In this document: in pieces, positions 28,506-37,967 of the stretch
Layout of the letters: each line of letters starts with the position of its first letter
How positions within the stretch are numbered: position 1 is the stretch's first letter
NCBI GenBank assembly: GCA_964548405.1
Contig: CAZJPW010000002.1
Coordinates: 17-64,016 of the forward strand
From: an uncultured Candidatus Saccharibacteria bacterium
GTDB lineage: Bacteria; Patescibacteriota; Minisyncoccia; Portnoybacterales; UBA2143
Direction: 5' to 3'
Length of the DNA stretch: 64,000 nucleotides
The notes under the pieces: model-generated
What the model was told of the DNA's origin: nothing
Database searches by the model: none
What the model saw: only the letters and a program-made list of their open reading frames with translations
Made by a program: the position numbers and the translations under genes

Positions 28506-28552
28506 GTCAACCCCGTTAGAAATAAATTAGAGAAAATTTCTAACGGGGTCAA
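28506..28552. repeat. REP-like palindrome ACCCCGTTAGAAAT...ATTTCTAACGGGGT
   Basis: Perfect 14-bp inverted repeat, 12-nt loop, TTGAC direct repeats at both ends on the minus strand. Confidence 0.7.
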
Positions 28553-28554
28553 TA

Positions 28555-29544
28555 CTAAAACAACTTTTGAGCCTCACGCCAAATAGAACTATTACCATGT
28601 TTTTCCCTAAGCCAGTACCACCATTCTGCGCCCCAAAGATAAGCTTCATCAAAACCAGTTTTGTAAGTATAGTCAATTATCCCATTAAACTTTCTTAAGA
28701 CCATTGTTTTAACTTGTTCTTCTAAAGGCGTTTCATAAGGCATCTTATGATTCCATGGTTCAGCCTGTAATTCAATGATTATTGTTCTTTCTATGCCAGT
28801 CAGCCATTTAACCAACTGAGCTCTTTTGTAATAAAACACGGGCGGAATAGGATACTGAACATGTCTATTTAAAGCATCGCTCCAGACAATCCGGTAAAGG
28901 GTCGTCCCAAAAACATCTGCCCTTCTAGCCGGCCGAGTCCAACTGCTTAATTCTCCACTAGCTGTTAATAAGACTGGCCGATCATCTAATTCCCTAACTA
29001 AATCGATTTCTTGCTGTAAAAAATCTTTATCTAATTTAGGACATTCACCAAAACCCATTAAAAATGGCTCATTTTCCACCTGCCACATCTCAATAGCTTG
29101 ATTATCTTTGTAACGTTCAACCGTTTGAGATATGACGACTAACAACTCTTCATGGTATTCTGAATTATCCAATTCCCTGGCCCAATCAGGAATATGGCAT
29201 TCAGGCCAGCGAGGCACTTTCTGCCCAACCACTAAAATTATTTCTACTCCTCTCTTGGCTGCTTCTTGAACCTGCCAATCTAAATCTTCAAAAGAATATT
29301 CATCCTTGGCCGGCTCAACCTTCTGCCAATATGCAACTAAACGCAGCTTTTTAACATTTAATTCATCTAAAATAGCAATATATGTTTCTTGCCAATCCAA
29401 TCCCATTTGTTCAGCGAAATACTGAGAAAAAGTAACGCCAAAATCAATCTTTTCAGCAACTGGAGCCGTACCAGTAAACATATATACAAAAAAGCCCCCC
29501 AAGAGAATAATCAAACCAATGATTGTATAAAGAATATATTTCAT
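28555..29544 (-). CDS. Membrane-anchored clan GH-A glycoside hydrolase-like protein
   Basis: N-terminal TM; acid/base QVENEP, nucleophile IELQAEPW. Confidence 0.75.
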   Translation of the reverse strand: MKYILYTIIGLIILLGGFFVYMFTGTAPVAEKIDFGVTFSQYFAEQMGLDWQETYIAILDELNVKKLRLVAYWQKVEPAKDEYSFEDLDWQVQEAAKRGVEIILVVGQKVPRWPECHIPDWARELDNSEYHEELLVVISQTVERYKDNQAIEMWQVENEPFLMGFGECPKLDKDFLQQEIDLVRELDDRPVLLTASGELSSWTRPARRADVFGTTLYRIVWSDALNRHVQYPIPPVFYYKRAQLVKWLTGIERTIIIELQAEPWNHKMPYETPLEEQVKTMVLRKFNGIIDYTYKTGFDEAYLWGAEWWYWLREKHGNSSIWREAQKLF

Positions 29545-29546
29545 AT

Positions 29547-30461
29547 TTAAAAAGCTAAAATTCCTAAACCTAGAATAATAAATGCAATTGACACAACTTT
29601 TTGTAAAATTGCGCTTTGATTAACCTGCTCTTTAATAATCCGAGGAAACTTCTTAGACAGAAACAAAGCCACCACTAAAAGAAAAATATACTGGACCCCC
29701 TGTAAGGCATTAACTAAAGTAACACTACCTAAAAAAATTGCATAGTTGAGTAAAATGAAAGACAAACCAGACAACCCCTTATTAACCACCGCCAATCCGC
29801 CTGTCCTTAATTTAACCTTACTTGAAGTCTTCATAATAGCCCGGCGGCTAATCGGGAAAATAAATAGAAAGATAGCTCCGACAACTCCGCCCAAACGAAT
29901 CCAAATAAAGCCATTAATAAAAGGTTGATAAGAATAAATATATTTAGTTAAAACATATGATCCAGTAAAAAACAAAGCAGCCACTATAGCCAAAGGCAAT
30001 CTCTTAACCAAAGGTGTTTTAACTAAGCCAGAAACCAGCCTGATCTGTTTTCTAGGCCAGGCCATAATTACTCCACCAAGAACAAGCAAACAAAAAGCAA
30101 TCATCTGATTAAGCGCTAACCGCTCGCCTAAAAAGAAATATGTCAGAATAAAGGTAAAAAGAGGAACTAATCCTCCAATAACCGGAGTAATCCTAGAAAC
30201 TTCGCCTAATTGGACTGATTTATAAAAGAAGAAGATAGCCAGAACAAAAGCATTACCAGCTACAAAACTAACTATCATTTGATCTATTGGTAAAACACTA
30301 AAACCAAAAGGAAACAACAGAATAGCTAAACCGCCAAGAAGACCCACATAAAAAGCATAAGCAGCCGGCTTAAGACGAGTATGTGAAAATAAATACTTGT
30401 CTACTATAAAAACCAGGGCAAAAATAAAATGAGCAATAATTGCAATTAAAAGCCAACTCAT
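29547..30461 (-). CDS. DMT/EamA family transporter
   Basis: About 10 TMs, GEVSR, FLGERL. Confidence 0.88.
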   Translation of the reverse strand: MSWLLIAIIAHFIFALVFIVDKYLFSHTRLKPAAYAFYVGLLGGLAILLFPFGFSVLPIDQMIVSFVAGNAFVLAIFFFYKSVQLGEVSRITPVIGGLVPLFTFILTYFFLGERLALNQMIAFCLLVLGGVIMAWPRKQIRLVSGLVKTPLVKRLPLAIVAALFFTGSYVLTKYIYSYQPFINGFIWIRLGGVVGAIFLFIFPISRRAIMKTSSKVKLRTGGLAVVNKGLSGLSFILLNYAIFLGSVTLVNALQGVQYIFLLVVALFLSKKFPRIIKEQVNQSAILQKVVSIAFIILGLGILAF

Positions 30462-31645
30462 AATCTATTCTCCTTACAAATTTTAGCGTATTCAAAAGCA
30501 CTAGGCCTAATCTTACGCTTAAATGTTTTAAAATCTATTTCAACCAAACCAAACTTAGGCCAATACCCCTTATCCCATTCAAAAAAATCAGTCAAACCCC
30601 AATAAATATATCCTCTAACATCCACTCTTTCCTCTATTGCCTTATGAATCCAAGTTAAATGATCCCTGATAAACTTAATTCTTTTTTCATCATCCCTATC
30701 CGCTATACCGTTTTCTGTAATATAGATAGGTTTGTTGTATTTTTTTAAATCTTTTAAAACATGGTATATGCCTTCTGGATATATTTCCCAACCCATATCA
30801 GTAACAGATTCATTTCTATTCTTCGGCAGCCGATGGTGAAAATAATAATTAAGACCGATAAAATCTTGATACTTCCTAATCTTTCTTAAAAAATGATTAT
30901 TCCAGAAAAAATTAGCCAGAGGGAAACTCTCAAAATAGACATTATGCTTAGCAATTCCCACCTGGCAGCCCAGATCAACTAACTTTAATGACGCATAAGC
31001 CAATTTATGAGCTTTAGCCAAATTATTAATAACCTTTAAATACTTAAAAATCCCTTTTTTCTGAGGAGGCCAAACACCTCTAAAAAACGAATTGAAAGAA
31101 TATATATTAGGTTCATTAATAGTTATCCAAAAATTAACATAATCAAATAAATTCTCGCCTATTATCTTAACATAACGGTCAAAATATTTTGGGAATTCAG
31201 GACAAAGTGAACCGTCTTTTTTAGCCAGCCAATTAGGCAGAGGCCAATGGTATAAAGTAACAAAAGGTTCTAATCCTCTTTTTCTCAAAGCAGCCAAAAC
31301 TTTTCTGTAATGCTCAATTTCCTTTTGATCTATTTTACCTTCCTTAGGTTCAATCCTAGACCACTCAATGGAAAGACGATGGGCATTATGATTCAACTTC
31401 TTAGCAATATCAAAATCCTCTTCAAAACGATGGTAATGATCGCAAGCCCGGCCAGAGATATAGTTCCGGGACTGAGACATTTCTGGAAATTGTTCCTGCT
31501 GCCATTCTTGCCAACGATTCCTAGCCTGACTGGCTAAATCTTGAGCATTACCTTTTTCCCATTCTGACCAATCATTAACATTCCCACCTTCCACTTGATG
31601 GGCTGAAGTACCTGCTCCCCAATAAAATTTTTTTGGAAACCTCAT
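30458..31645 (-). CDS. Glycoside hydrolase family 1
   Basis: FYWGAGTSAHQVEG, SIEWSRI, TINEP, ITENG, FEW. Confidence 0.95.
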   Translation of the reverse strand: MRFPKKFYWGAGTSAHQVEGGNVNDWSEWEKGNAQDLASQARNRWQEWQQEQFPEMSQSRNYISGRACDHYHRFEEDFDIAKKLNHNAHRLSIEWSRIEPKEGKIDQKEIEHYRKVLAALRKRGLEPFVTLYHWPLPNWLAKKDGSLCPEFPKYFDRYVKIIGENLFDYVNFWITINEPNIYSFNSFFRGVWPPQKKGIFKYLKVINNLAKAHKLAYASLKLVDLGCQVGIAKHNVYFESFPLANFFWNNHFLRKIRKYQDFIGLNYYFHHRLPKNRNESVTDMGWEIYPEGIYHVLKDLKKYNKPIYITENGIADRDDEKRIKFIRDHLTWIHKAIEERVDVRGYIYWGLTDFFEWDKGYWPKFGLVEIDFKTFKRKIRPSAFEYAKICKENRL

Positions 31646-32457
31646 TTCTGACATTTAGAACAAAAGTGAGCCGAACGGCTACCCATTTTAATTCTTTTAA
31701 CTTTAGACTTACATTTAAAACACGGTTTGTTTTCGCGTTGATAAACTTTAATTAAAGGCACGAAATTGCCTTTTTGACCGTTAGCATCAAAGTAATCCCT
31801 ATTAGAGCTGCCTTTTTTCTTAATGGCTAAAGTTAAAACTCTTTTAATTTCTAAATAGATTCTTTTAACTTCAATCGGCTTCAATGTTTCAACTTTTCTC
31901 AAAGGCAGAACTTTGGCATAAAATAGGATTTCATCAGAGTAAATATTACCTATCCCAGCAATAAATTTAGGATCCATTAATAAAAGCTTAATTTTACTCT
32001 TTTTTCTCTTATTCAATAACTCTTTAAATAGTTTTAAAGTAAATTCTTTACTTAAGGGCTCAGGTCCAAATTTTTCTTTTTCAAAAAAATCATTTAATTC
32101 TTCTTTAGGAGTCACTTTAACAAAACCAAACTGGCGCAAATCATTATGAATTAAACAGCTTCCATCAATGAAATAATAAATTAAGTGAGTGTGCTTATTG
32201 GCTTGGCCATTAAAGATCAATTGGCCGGTTAATTTCAAGTGAATGATTAAATAATAGTTATTAGATAATTCAATTACCAATAACTTAGCCCTCCGTTCAA
32301 TGTTTTTAATTTTAGTTCCAGTAACTAATTTCTTGAATTTCTCCAAAGGATACTTAATAAACTTTTTCAACCGAACTTCTACTTTCTTAATCTTCTTACC
32401 TCTAATCCTTAGATTTAACTGTCTTTTAATTGTTTCTACCTCGGGTAATTCAGGCAT
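31642..32457 (-). CDS. mutM: Formamidopyrimidine-DNA glycosylase
   Basis: MPELPEVE, GIGNIYSDE, C-terminal CxxC...CxxCQ zinc finger. Confidence 0.96.
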   Translation of the reverse strand: MPELPEVETIKRQLNLRIRGKKIKKVEVRLKKFIKYPLEKFKKLVTGTKIKNIERRAKLLVIELSNNYYLIIHLKLTGQLIFNGQANKHTHLIYYFIDGSCLIHNDLRQFGFVKVTPKEELNDFFEKEKFGPEPLSKEFTLKLFKELLNKRKKSKIKLLLMDPKFIAGIGNIYSDEILFYAKVLPLRKVETLKPIEVKRIYLEIKRVLTLAIKKKGSSNRDYFDANGQKGNFVPLIKVYQRENKPCFKCKSKVKRIKMGSRSAHFCSKCQK

Positions 32458-32459
32458 AA

Positions 32460-33512
32460 TTATCTAGGTGGTTCTTCGTATTGAGTGCTGACCAAAACAT
32501 CCTCCAAGGCATCGATATCTTCTAAAACTATACCTGTACCCCTTACCACAGCTGTTAAAGGATCTTCAACTAATTTCACAGGCATTTCAGTCTGTTCAGT
32601 TACTAATTGGTCCAAACCACGCAGTAAACCTCCACCCCCTACTAAAAAGATACCTCGCTGCATAATATCAGCCACTAATTCAGGCGGAGTTTCTTCAATT
32701 GTCCCTTTAATCGAATTGATCAAAGCCTTAACTGATCGATTTAAAGCCTTACGAATTTGAGAATCATCAACTGTCACCTCTTTAGGTAGGCCAGTAACAA
32801 TATCACGTCCACGCATAGTTGTCTCTATCTTATCATTTAAAGGGTAAGCTGAACCTACAGCTAATTTAATATCTTCAGCTGTTTTCTCACCCAAAAGAAG
32901 ATTAAATTCCTCCCTAGCATAATGAATAATATCTTCATTAAGTCTATCACCAGCAACACGCAAGCTTTTAGACACAACAATGCCGCCTAAAGAAATAATG
33001 GCCACTTCAGTGGTTCCTCCACCAATATCGACAATCATATTACCAGCTGCTTCTTGAACCGGCATTCTAATACCTATAGCCGCAGCCATAGGTTCTTCAA
33101 TTAAATATACTTCCCGAGCCCCAGCACTCCTAGTAGCGTCTTCTACTGCTCTTTTTTCCACCTCAGTCACTCCTGACGGAATACCGACCACTACTCGAGG
33201 TCGAGGCAGAATAGAAAAACTTTCTCGATGAACCTTATCGATAAAAAACTTAAGCATTTGCTCAGTTACCTCAAAATCAGAAACAACACCAGCCACCAAA
33301 GGACGAGAAGCCACAATATGAGCCGGAGTCCGACCAACCATTTTCTTAGCTTCTTGACCAATAGCCAAAATCTGACCTGTTTTCTGATTAATAGCCACCA
33401 CAGACGGCTCATTAATAACAATACCCCTCCCTTTAACATAGACTAAAGTATTTGCTGTACCCAAATCTATGCCAATATCTTTAGAAAAAACACCAAACAG
33501 CTTATTAAGCAT
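32460..33512 (-). CDS. mreB: Rod shape-determining protein MreB
   Basis: DIGIDLGTANT, EEPMAAAIG, DIGGGTTEV. Confidence 0.96.
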   Translation of the reverse strand: MLNKLFGVFSKDIGIDLGTANTLVYVKGRGIVINEPSVVAINQKTGQILAIGQEAKKMVGRTPAHIVASRPLVAGVVSDFEVTEQMLKFFIDKVHRESFSILPRPRVVVGIPSGVTEVEKRAVEDATRSAGAREVYLIEEPMAAAIGIRMPVQEAAGNMIVDIGGGTTEVAIISLGGIVVSKSLRVAGDRLNEDIIHYAREEFNLLLGEKTAEDIKLAVGSAYPLNDKIETTMRGRDIVTGLPKEVTVDDSQIRKALNRSVKALINSIKGTIEETPPELVADIMQRGIFLVGGGGLLRGLDQLVTEQTEMPVKLVEDPLTAVVRGTGIVLEDIDALEDVLVSTQYEEPPR

Positions 33513-33518
33513 AAAAAA

Positions 33519-34973
33519 TTAATACGCCTTAGCGAAAATAACTCTTTGATTCGACTCTCCTCCACAAAAAATACACTTCCCTTTTTCTTTTTTCTGATCA
33601 AAAGGAATACAACGAATAGTTGCCTTTGTTTCTTCTTTAATCTTAGCCTCACACTTCTCGTTATTACACCAATAAGCTTCAATAAATCCACCTTTACCTT
33701 TAATTATCTTCTTAAATTCATCCCAATCATTAACCCTATAAGTATTTTCTTTTTGAAACTTCTTGGCCTTATTAAACATTTTATCTTGAATATCATATAA
33801 TACTTTATTAATAAATTTTACATTTATCTTTTCTTCATCCATTACAGCCTTATTATCCGTATCTCTTCTAATAACAAGAATATTCTTATCTTTAACTTCA
33901 GCTGGACCTATTTCTAATCTAATTGGAACACCTTTCTTCTCCCATTCAAAAAACTTAGGACCTGGACGCATATCTCTCTTATCCACTTTAACTCTAATAT
34001 CTTTATTAATCTTATTCGCTATTTCATCAGCTTTCCCTATAACTTGATCCTTCTCTTCATCTGAATTCCAAATAGGAATAATTACAACTTGAGTCGGCGC
34101 TATTTCAGGAGGCAAAACTAAACCCTGATCATCACTATGAGCCATAATCAGAGCGCCGATGATTCGAGTACTTAATCCCCAACTGGTCTGCCAAGGAGTG
34201 TGTTTTTTCTCATCTTTGCCCAAAAACTCAATATTAAAAGCCTTAGCAAAACTTTGACCAAGCATATGGGAAGTTCCTGACTGCAAAGCTTTCTTGTCCT
34301 GCATCATTGCTTCAATAGTATAAGTACGATCAGCCCCAGCAAACCTTTCTGATTCAGATTTAATCCCAGAAATCACTGGAATAGCTAAATATCTTTCTAC
34401 TAAATTCTGATAAACATCTAACATTTGTTTAGTTCTCTTTTCGGCCCCCTTTTCAGTCTCATGAACTGTATGCCCCTCTTGCCATAAGAATTCTGTAGTC
34501 CTTAAAAATAAACGAGGACGCATTTCCCAACGGACTATATTAGCCCATTGATTAATCAATAAAGGTAAATCGCGATAGGAATTAATCCATTTTGAAAAGG
34601 CATCATACATGATTGTTTCTGAAGTCGGCCGGACAACTAATGGTTCATCTAGTTTTTTACCCCCTGCATGAGTAACCACTGCGCATTCCGGTGAAAATCC
34701 CTCTACATGTTCAGCTTCTTTAGATAAAAAACTCTGCGGGATAAAAAGAGGAAAATATGCATTTTCTACCCCAGTCTCCTTTATCTTTCCATCTAAAACT
34801 TTTTGGATATTTTCCCAAATAGCGTAACCATAAGGCTTAATTATCATACAGCCTTTGACTGACGAATGTTCAGCCAGGTCAGCCGCTGAAATCACATCCA
34901 AATACCATTGTGAATAATCTTTTTCACGACTGGTAATCTTTTTTTCTTTAAATTTTTCTTCTTTGTTTTTCAT
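33519..34973 (-). CDS. proS: Proline-tRNA ligase, archaeal/eukaryal (Thermus-like) type
   Basis: VRPTSET, FLRTTEFLWQEGHT, QTSWGLSTR, C-terminal Zn domain ending FAKAY; start re-set to MKNKEE. Confidence 0.96.
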   Translation of the reverse strand: MKNKEEKFKEKKITSREKDYSQWYLDVISAADLAEHSSVKGCMIIKPYGYAIWENIQKVLDGKIKETGVENAYFPLFIPQSFLSKEAEHVEGFSPECAVVTHAGGKKLDEPLVVRPTSETIMYDAFSKWINSYRDLPLLINQWANIVRWEMRPRLFLRTTEFLWQEGHTVHETEKGAEKRTKQMLDVYQNLVERYLAIPVISGIKSESERFAGADRTYTIEAMMQDKKALQSGTSHMLGQSFAKAFNIEFLGKDEKKHTPWQTSWGLSTRIIGALIMAHSDDQGLVLPPEIAPTQVVIIPIWNSDEEKDQVIGKADEIANKINKDIRVKVDKRDMRPGPKFFEWEKKGVPIRLEIGPAEVKDKNILVIRRDTDNKAVMDEEKINVKFINKVLYDIQDKMFNKAKKFQKENTYRVNDWDEFKKIIKGKGGFIEAYWCNNEKCEAKIKEETKATIRCIPFDQKKEKGKCIFCGGESNQRVIFAKAY

Positions 34974-35017
34974 ATACATTAATCTTATCATAAAAAAAAT
35001 AGAGGAGCAATATATAT

Positions 35018-35216
35018 AAAGACTCCGGTCCAACGATGGCCCGGAGTCGATTTCGTAGCGTTTCTAAGATTACAGTTTTCCTGCAATTTCTTCTTCAATC
35101 GCCTTCACTGTCGGTTCAATATTTTTAAGACAGTGTTGACTGAAGGGAGTTATATTGACACTCCCTCCTGTGCCCCCATCTTTACGACGGAACCCACGAA
35201 CATGGGTTAAAGAATT
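35018..35216 (-). ncRNA. Candidate structured small RNA (~195 nt), possibly 6S-like
   Basis: Own promoter TTGACA-17-TATTCT (35223-35251), several stems, terminator GACTCCGG...CCGGAGTCTTT. Confidence 0.5.
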
Positions 35217-35273
35217 AAAAAAAGAATAACACCTATACGTTATTCTGTCAAATACATCCAGAGTAAATACTGC

Positions 35274-36356
35274 TTAAAATATCCTTACAATATCACGCCA
35301 AGTGACGGCGATCATTAATAGAATTAAGATAACAAAACCAGTCGCATGAGCAATACCTTCAATTTTTTGACTAACAGGCGAACCTTTAAATTTTTCAATA
35401 CCCAAGAAAAGCAATCGGCCGCCATCTAAAGCAGGAAACGGCAAAGCATTAATAATAGCTAGGTTAATATTTAAAATGGCAGTGAATTGGAGGATATATA
35501 TAAAGCCTAATCTAGTGGCTTGACCAGCCAAGTCATAAATACCAACTGGCCCCGCTATTTCCAGAGTTAATCTCCCTGTAGTTGCAAGCTGCCAAAGAAT
35601 TGATGCCAAAGCGACTGTAATAAACCAAGTCAACCTAACCGTATCAATAATTCCTTCAATAAAAGCTTTGTACCAAGGAAGTGAAACAACAGCTGTTCTA
35701 GCCAAAGCTAATCCTAGAGGACCTTCGTCTTCAGAATGATAAATCCTAGGCACCATTTCTTTTTCCAAAACTTGACCACCTCTTTCAATAACTACTGTAA
35801 TCTTATCTCCCTTATGTTGATCAGTAAACTCCTGAACCTGACTAACTTTTGTAATTTGTAATTTGTAATCTGTAGTTTGTAATTCCTTAATAGTATCACC
35901 CATCTTAATATCCGCTTCTTCAGCTGGTGAGTCAAAATCAACCTGGACAATCTGTATCTTTGCGTTTTCTGCAATCTCATCGTCTTCAATAATATTAGGC
36001 AATCCAATCCAATGGCCTATTCCTAAAAGAAAAGCGGATAAAATAAGGTTCATAGTCACCCCAGCTATAATAATCTTAGCCCGGGTGCTAATCGGCTTAT
36101 TGTAAAAAGCCCGACCCTTATCAAGATCATCTTTCTTTTGACCGTCTTCGCCATGAATTTTGACGAAACCACCCAAAGGAAAAAGATTTAAAGAATAGAT
36201 TGTCTCGCCCCGCTTGATTTTAACAATCCGAGGAGGAAAACCAAAACCAAACTCATCAACCCTAACACCAGCCCTTTTAGCCGTAATAAAATGACCAAGT
36301 TCATGAACTAAAACAATCAAACCAAGAATTAAAATAAATACAATTACAGTTAGCAT
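35274..36356 (-). CDS. rseP: Site-2 intramembrane metalloprotease RseP
   Basis: HELGH, PLGGFV, PDZ, NALPFPALDGG. Confidence 0.95.
   Translation of the reverse strand: MLTVIVFILILGLIVLVHELGHFITAKRAGVRVDEFGFGFPPRIVKIKRGETIYSLNLFPLGGFVKIHGEDGQKKDDLDKGRAFYNKPISTRAKIIIAGVTMNLILSAFLLGIGHWIGLPNIIEDDEIAENAKIQIVQVDFDSPAEEADIKMGDTIKELQTTDYKLQITKVSQVQEFTDQHKGDKITVVIERGGQVLEKEMVPRIYHSEDEGPLGLALARTAVVSLPWYKAFIEGIIDTVRLTWFITVALASILWQLATTGRLTLEIAGPVGIYDLAGQATRLGFIYILQFTAILNINLAIINALPFPALDGGRLLFLGIEKFKGSPVSQKIEGIAHATGFVILILLMIAVTWRDIVRIF
35849..35883. repeat. Five tandem heptamers (TTGTAAT) inside rseP
   Basis: TTGTAAT x3, CTGTAGT, TTGTAAT. Confidence 0.8.
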
Positions 36357-36357
36357 A

Positions 36358-36915
36358 TTAGACAGTCATTATTTCCTCTTCTTTCTTCTTTCTCATATCC
36401 TCTACCTTCTTATTATACTCATCAATTATCTTCTGCAATTCGTCCTTAGCCTTGAATTTATCATCTTCGCTAATTTCCTTAGCTTGTTCTAAAGATTGAA
36501 TTTCCCGCCAAACATCTTCTCGGTTGCGCCTAATACTAATCCGACATTCCTCCACTTTTTCTTGTAAAATTTTAGCTATTTCCTTCCTTCTTTCCTCGCT
36601 TAAAGGAGGGATTGTTAAACGGATAACATCATCATCCACAATCGGACTTAATTTAAGGTTTGAATTCCTGACAGCTGACTCAATTTTCTTAATAATTTCC
36701 TTGTCCCAGGGCCGAATTACAATAACCCTTGGTTCTGGAGTTTGAATAGCAGCCAAATCCTTCAAAGGCATCTTTTGTTCATATGCTTCCACTTCCAAAT
36801 TTTCCAATAAACTTGGTGTGGCTCGGCCGACTTGTAAACCAGTTAATTCATTCTTAAGATACTCGACTGTCTTATCTAATTGAGGTTTAATTTTATTAAT
36901 AATTTCTTTGTACAT
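36358..36915 (-). CDS. frr: Ribosome recycling factor
   Basis: GRATP, IRPWD, PPLSEERR, SIRRNR. Confidence 0.96.
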   Translation of the reverse strand: MYKEIINKIKPQLDKTVEYLKNELTGLQVGRATPSLLENLEVEAYEQKMPLKDLAAIQTPEPRVIVIRPWDKEIIKKIESAVRNSNLKLSPIVDDDVIRLTIPPLSEERRKEIAKILQEKVEECRISIRRNREDVWREIQSLEQAKEISEDDKFKAKDELQKIIDEYNKKVEDMRKKKEEEIMTV

Positions 36916-36917
36916 AT

Positions 36918-37967
36918 TTATTGATGCATCCCTACAAAGACCACTCCTAATTTATGAGGATTAACAACTATCGTTTTAATATTACGGTCACTCTCTAATT
37001 CATGGACTGTCCAATTAACTCCTTGATCCAAGCTACGATACAGTATTGACCCGGCACCATAATAGAGGTGATCTGTATTTTGCGATTCAACAGCCAAACT
37101 TAAAACAGGTTTTGATTCCGGAGGCATGATAATAGCTACTTCTTGCCAAGTTTGACCGCTATTCTTTGAAGTTAATAACCCGTATTCAGATCCGGCATAA
37201 AGAATACTTGGTCTTTGTGAATCAATTATTAAATTCTCTACCCTTTCAGCCTGACTAAATCCTTCTAATGCTTTTTTAAATGACCGCCAATTTTTTCCCT
37301 TATCACCACTTCTGTAAATACCCTCTTCAAAAGTACTAACGTACACCTGTCGGGTATTCTTAGGATTAATGGCAATATCGGAAATAACGTCATCAAACCA
37401 TTTCATTATCTCCCAAGACTTACCATAATCAATACTCTTTAAAAAACCTCCTTGAGCTGTACCTATATATACTATAGAAGAATCATAACTATCAATCGCT
37501 ACGGCAAAAACCGCATATTTTTCCTCAGAAACTACGTAAACTTCTTCCCATGACCCTCCTCCATCCTGACTCCGGAAAACCCTACCTTTCTTATCCTGAT
37601 AAGTACCAATATATACTCGATTAGAATCCTTGGGATCAACCGCAATATCATAAACATTAGCCCGATTAGAAAGTATTCCATTTTGATCCTCTAGCTTATA
37701 CCAATGTTCTCCTTGGCAACAACTTTTGTAAATACCGTTAACTCGCGTACCAGCATAAAGAATATCCGAATTACTAGGATCAATCACCATACTTAAAATA
37801 TCTAAAGAAGCTAAAGAAACTTCATCTTTAACCGTTAGCTGTTCCCAAACTTCACCCATATCACTAGATTTATAAATTCCGCCATCCTTAGTTATCCTAT
37901 TGCAATCAAAAGGGAAAATCGCCAAAAAAGCAAATACCGGAATAACGACTAAAAATGATTTTCTCAT
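36918..37967 (-). CDS. Secreted BNR/Asp-box (YCF48/VPS10-like) beta-propeller protein
   Basis: Repeated SxDxGxxW motifs, N-terminal signal. Confidence 0.85.
   Translation of the reverse strand: MRKSFLVVIPVFAFLAIFPFDCNRITKDGGIYKSSDMGEVWEQLTVKDEVSLASLDILSMVIDPSNSDILYAGTRVNGIYKSCCQGEHWYKLEDQNGILSNRANVYDIAVDPKDSNRVYIGTYQDKKGRVFRSQDGGGSWEEVYVVSEEKYAVFAVAIDSYDSSIVYIGTAQGGFLKSIDYGKSWEIMKWFDDVISDIAINPKNTRQVYVSTFEEGIYRSGDKGKNWRSFKKALEGFSQAERVENLIIDSQRPSILYAGSEYGLLTSKNSGQTWQEVAIIMPPESKPVLSLAVESQNTDHLYYGAGSILYRSLDQGVNWTVHELESDRNIKTIVVNPHKLGVVFVGMHQ

Noticed and set aside
35018-35216. T-box riboswitch for proS
   Set aside because: No GGTGGNACC T-box or AGAGA/GNTG stem I motifs, and proS has its own promoter downstream of the terminator
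35070-35273. Stop-codon read-through extension of rseP (frame stays open for 67 codons)
   Set aside because: RseP already ends at its usual C-terminus, and the region holds a promoter and RNA stems; probably chance
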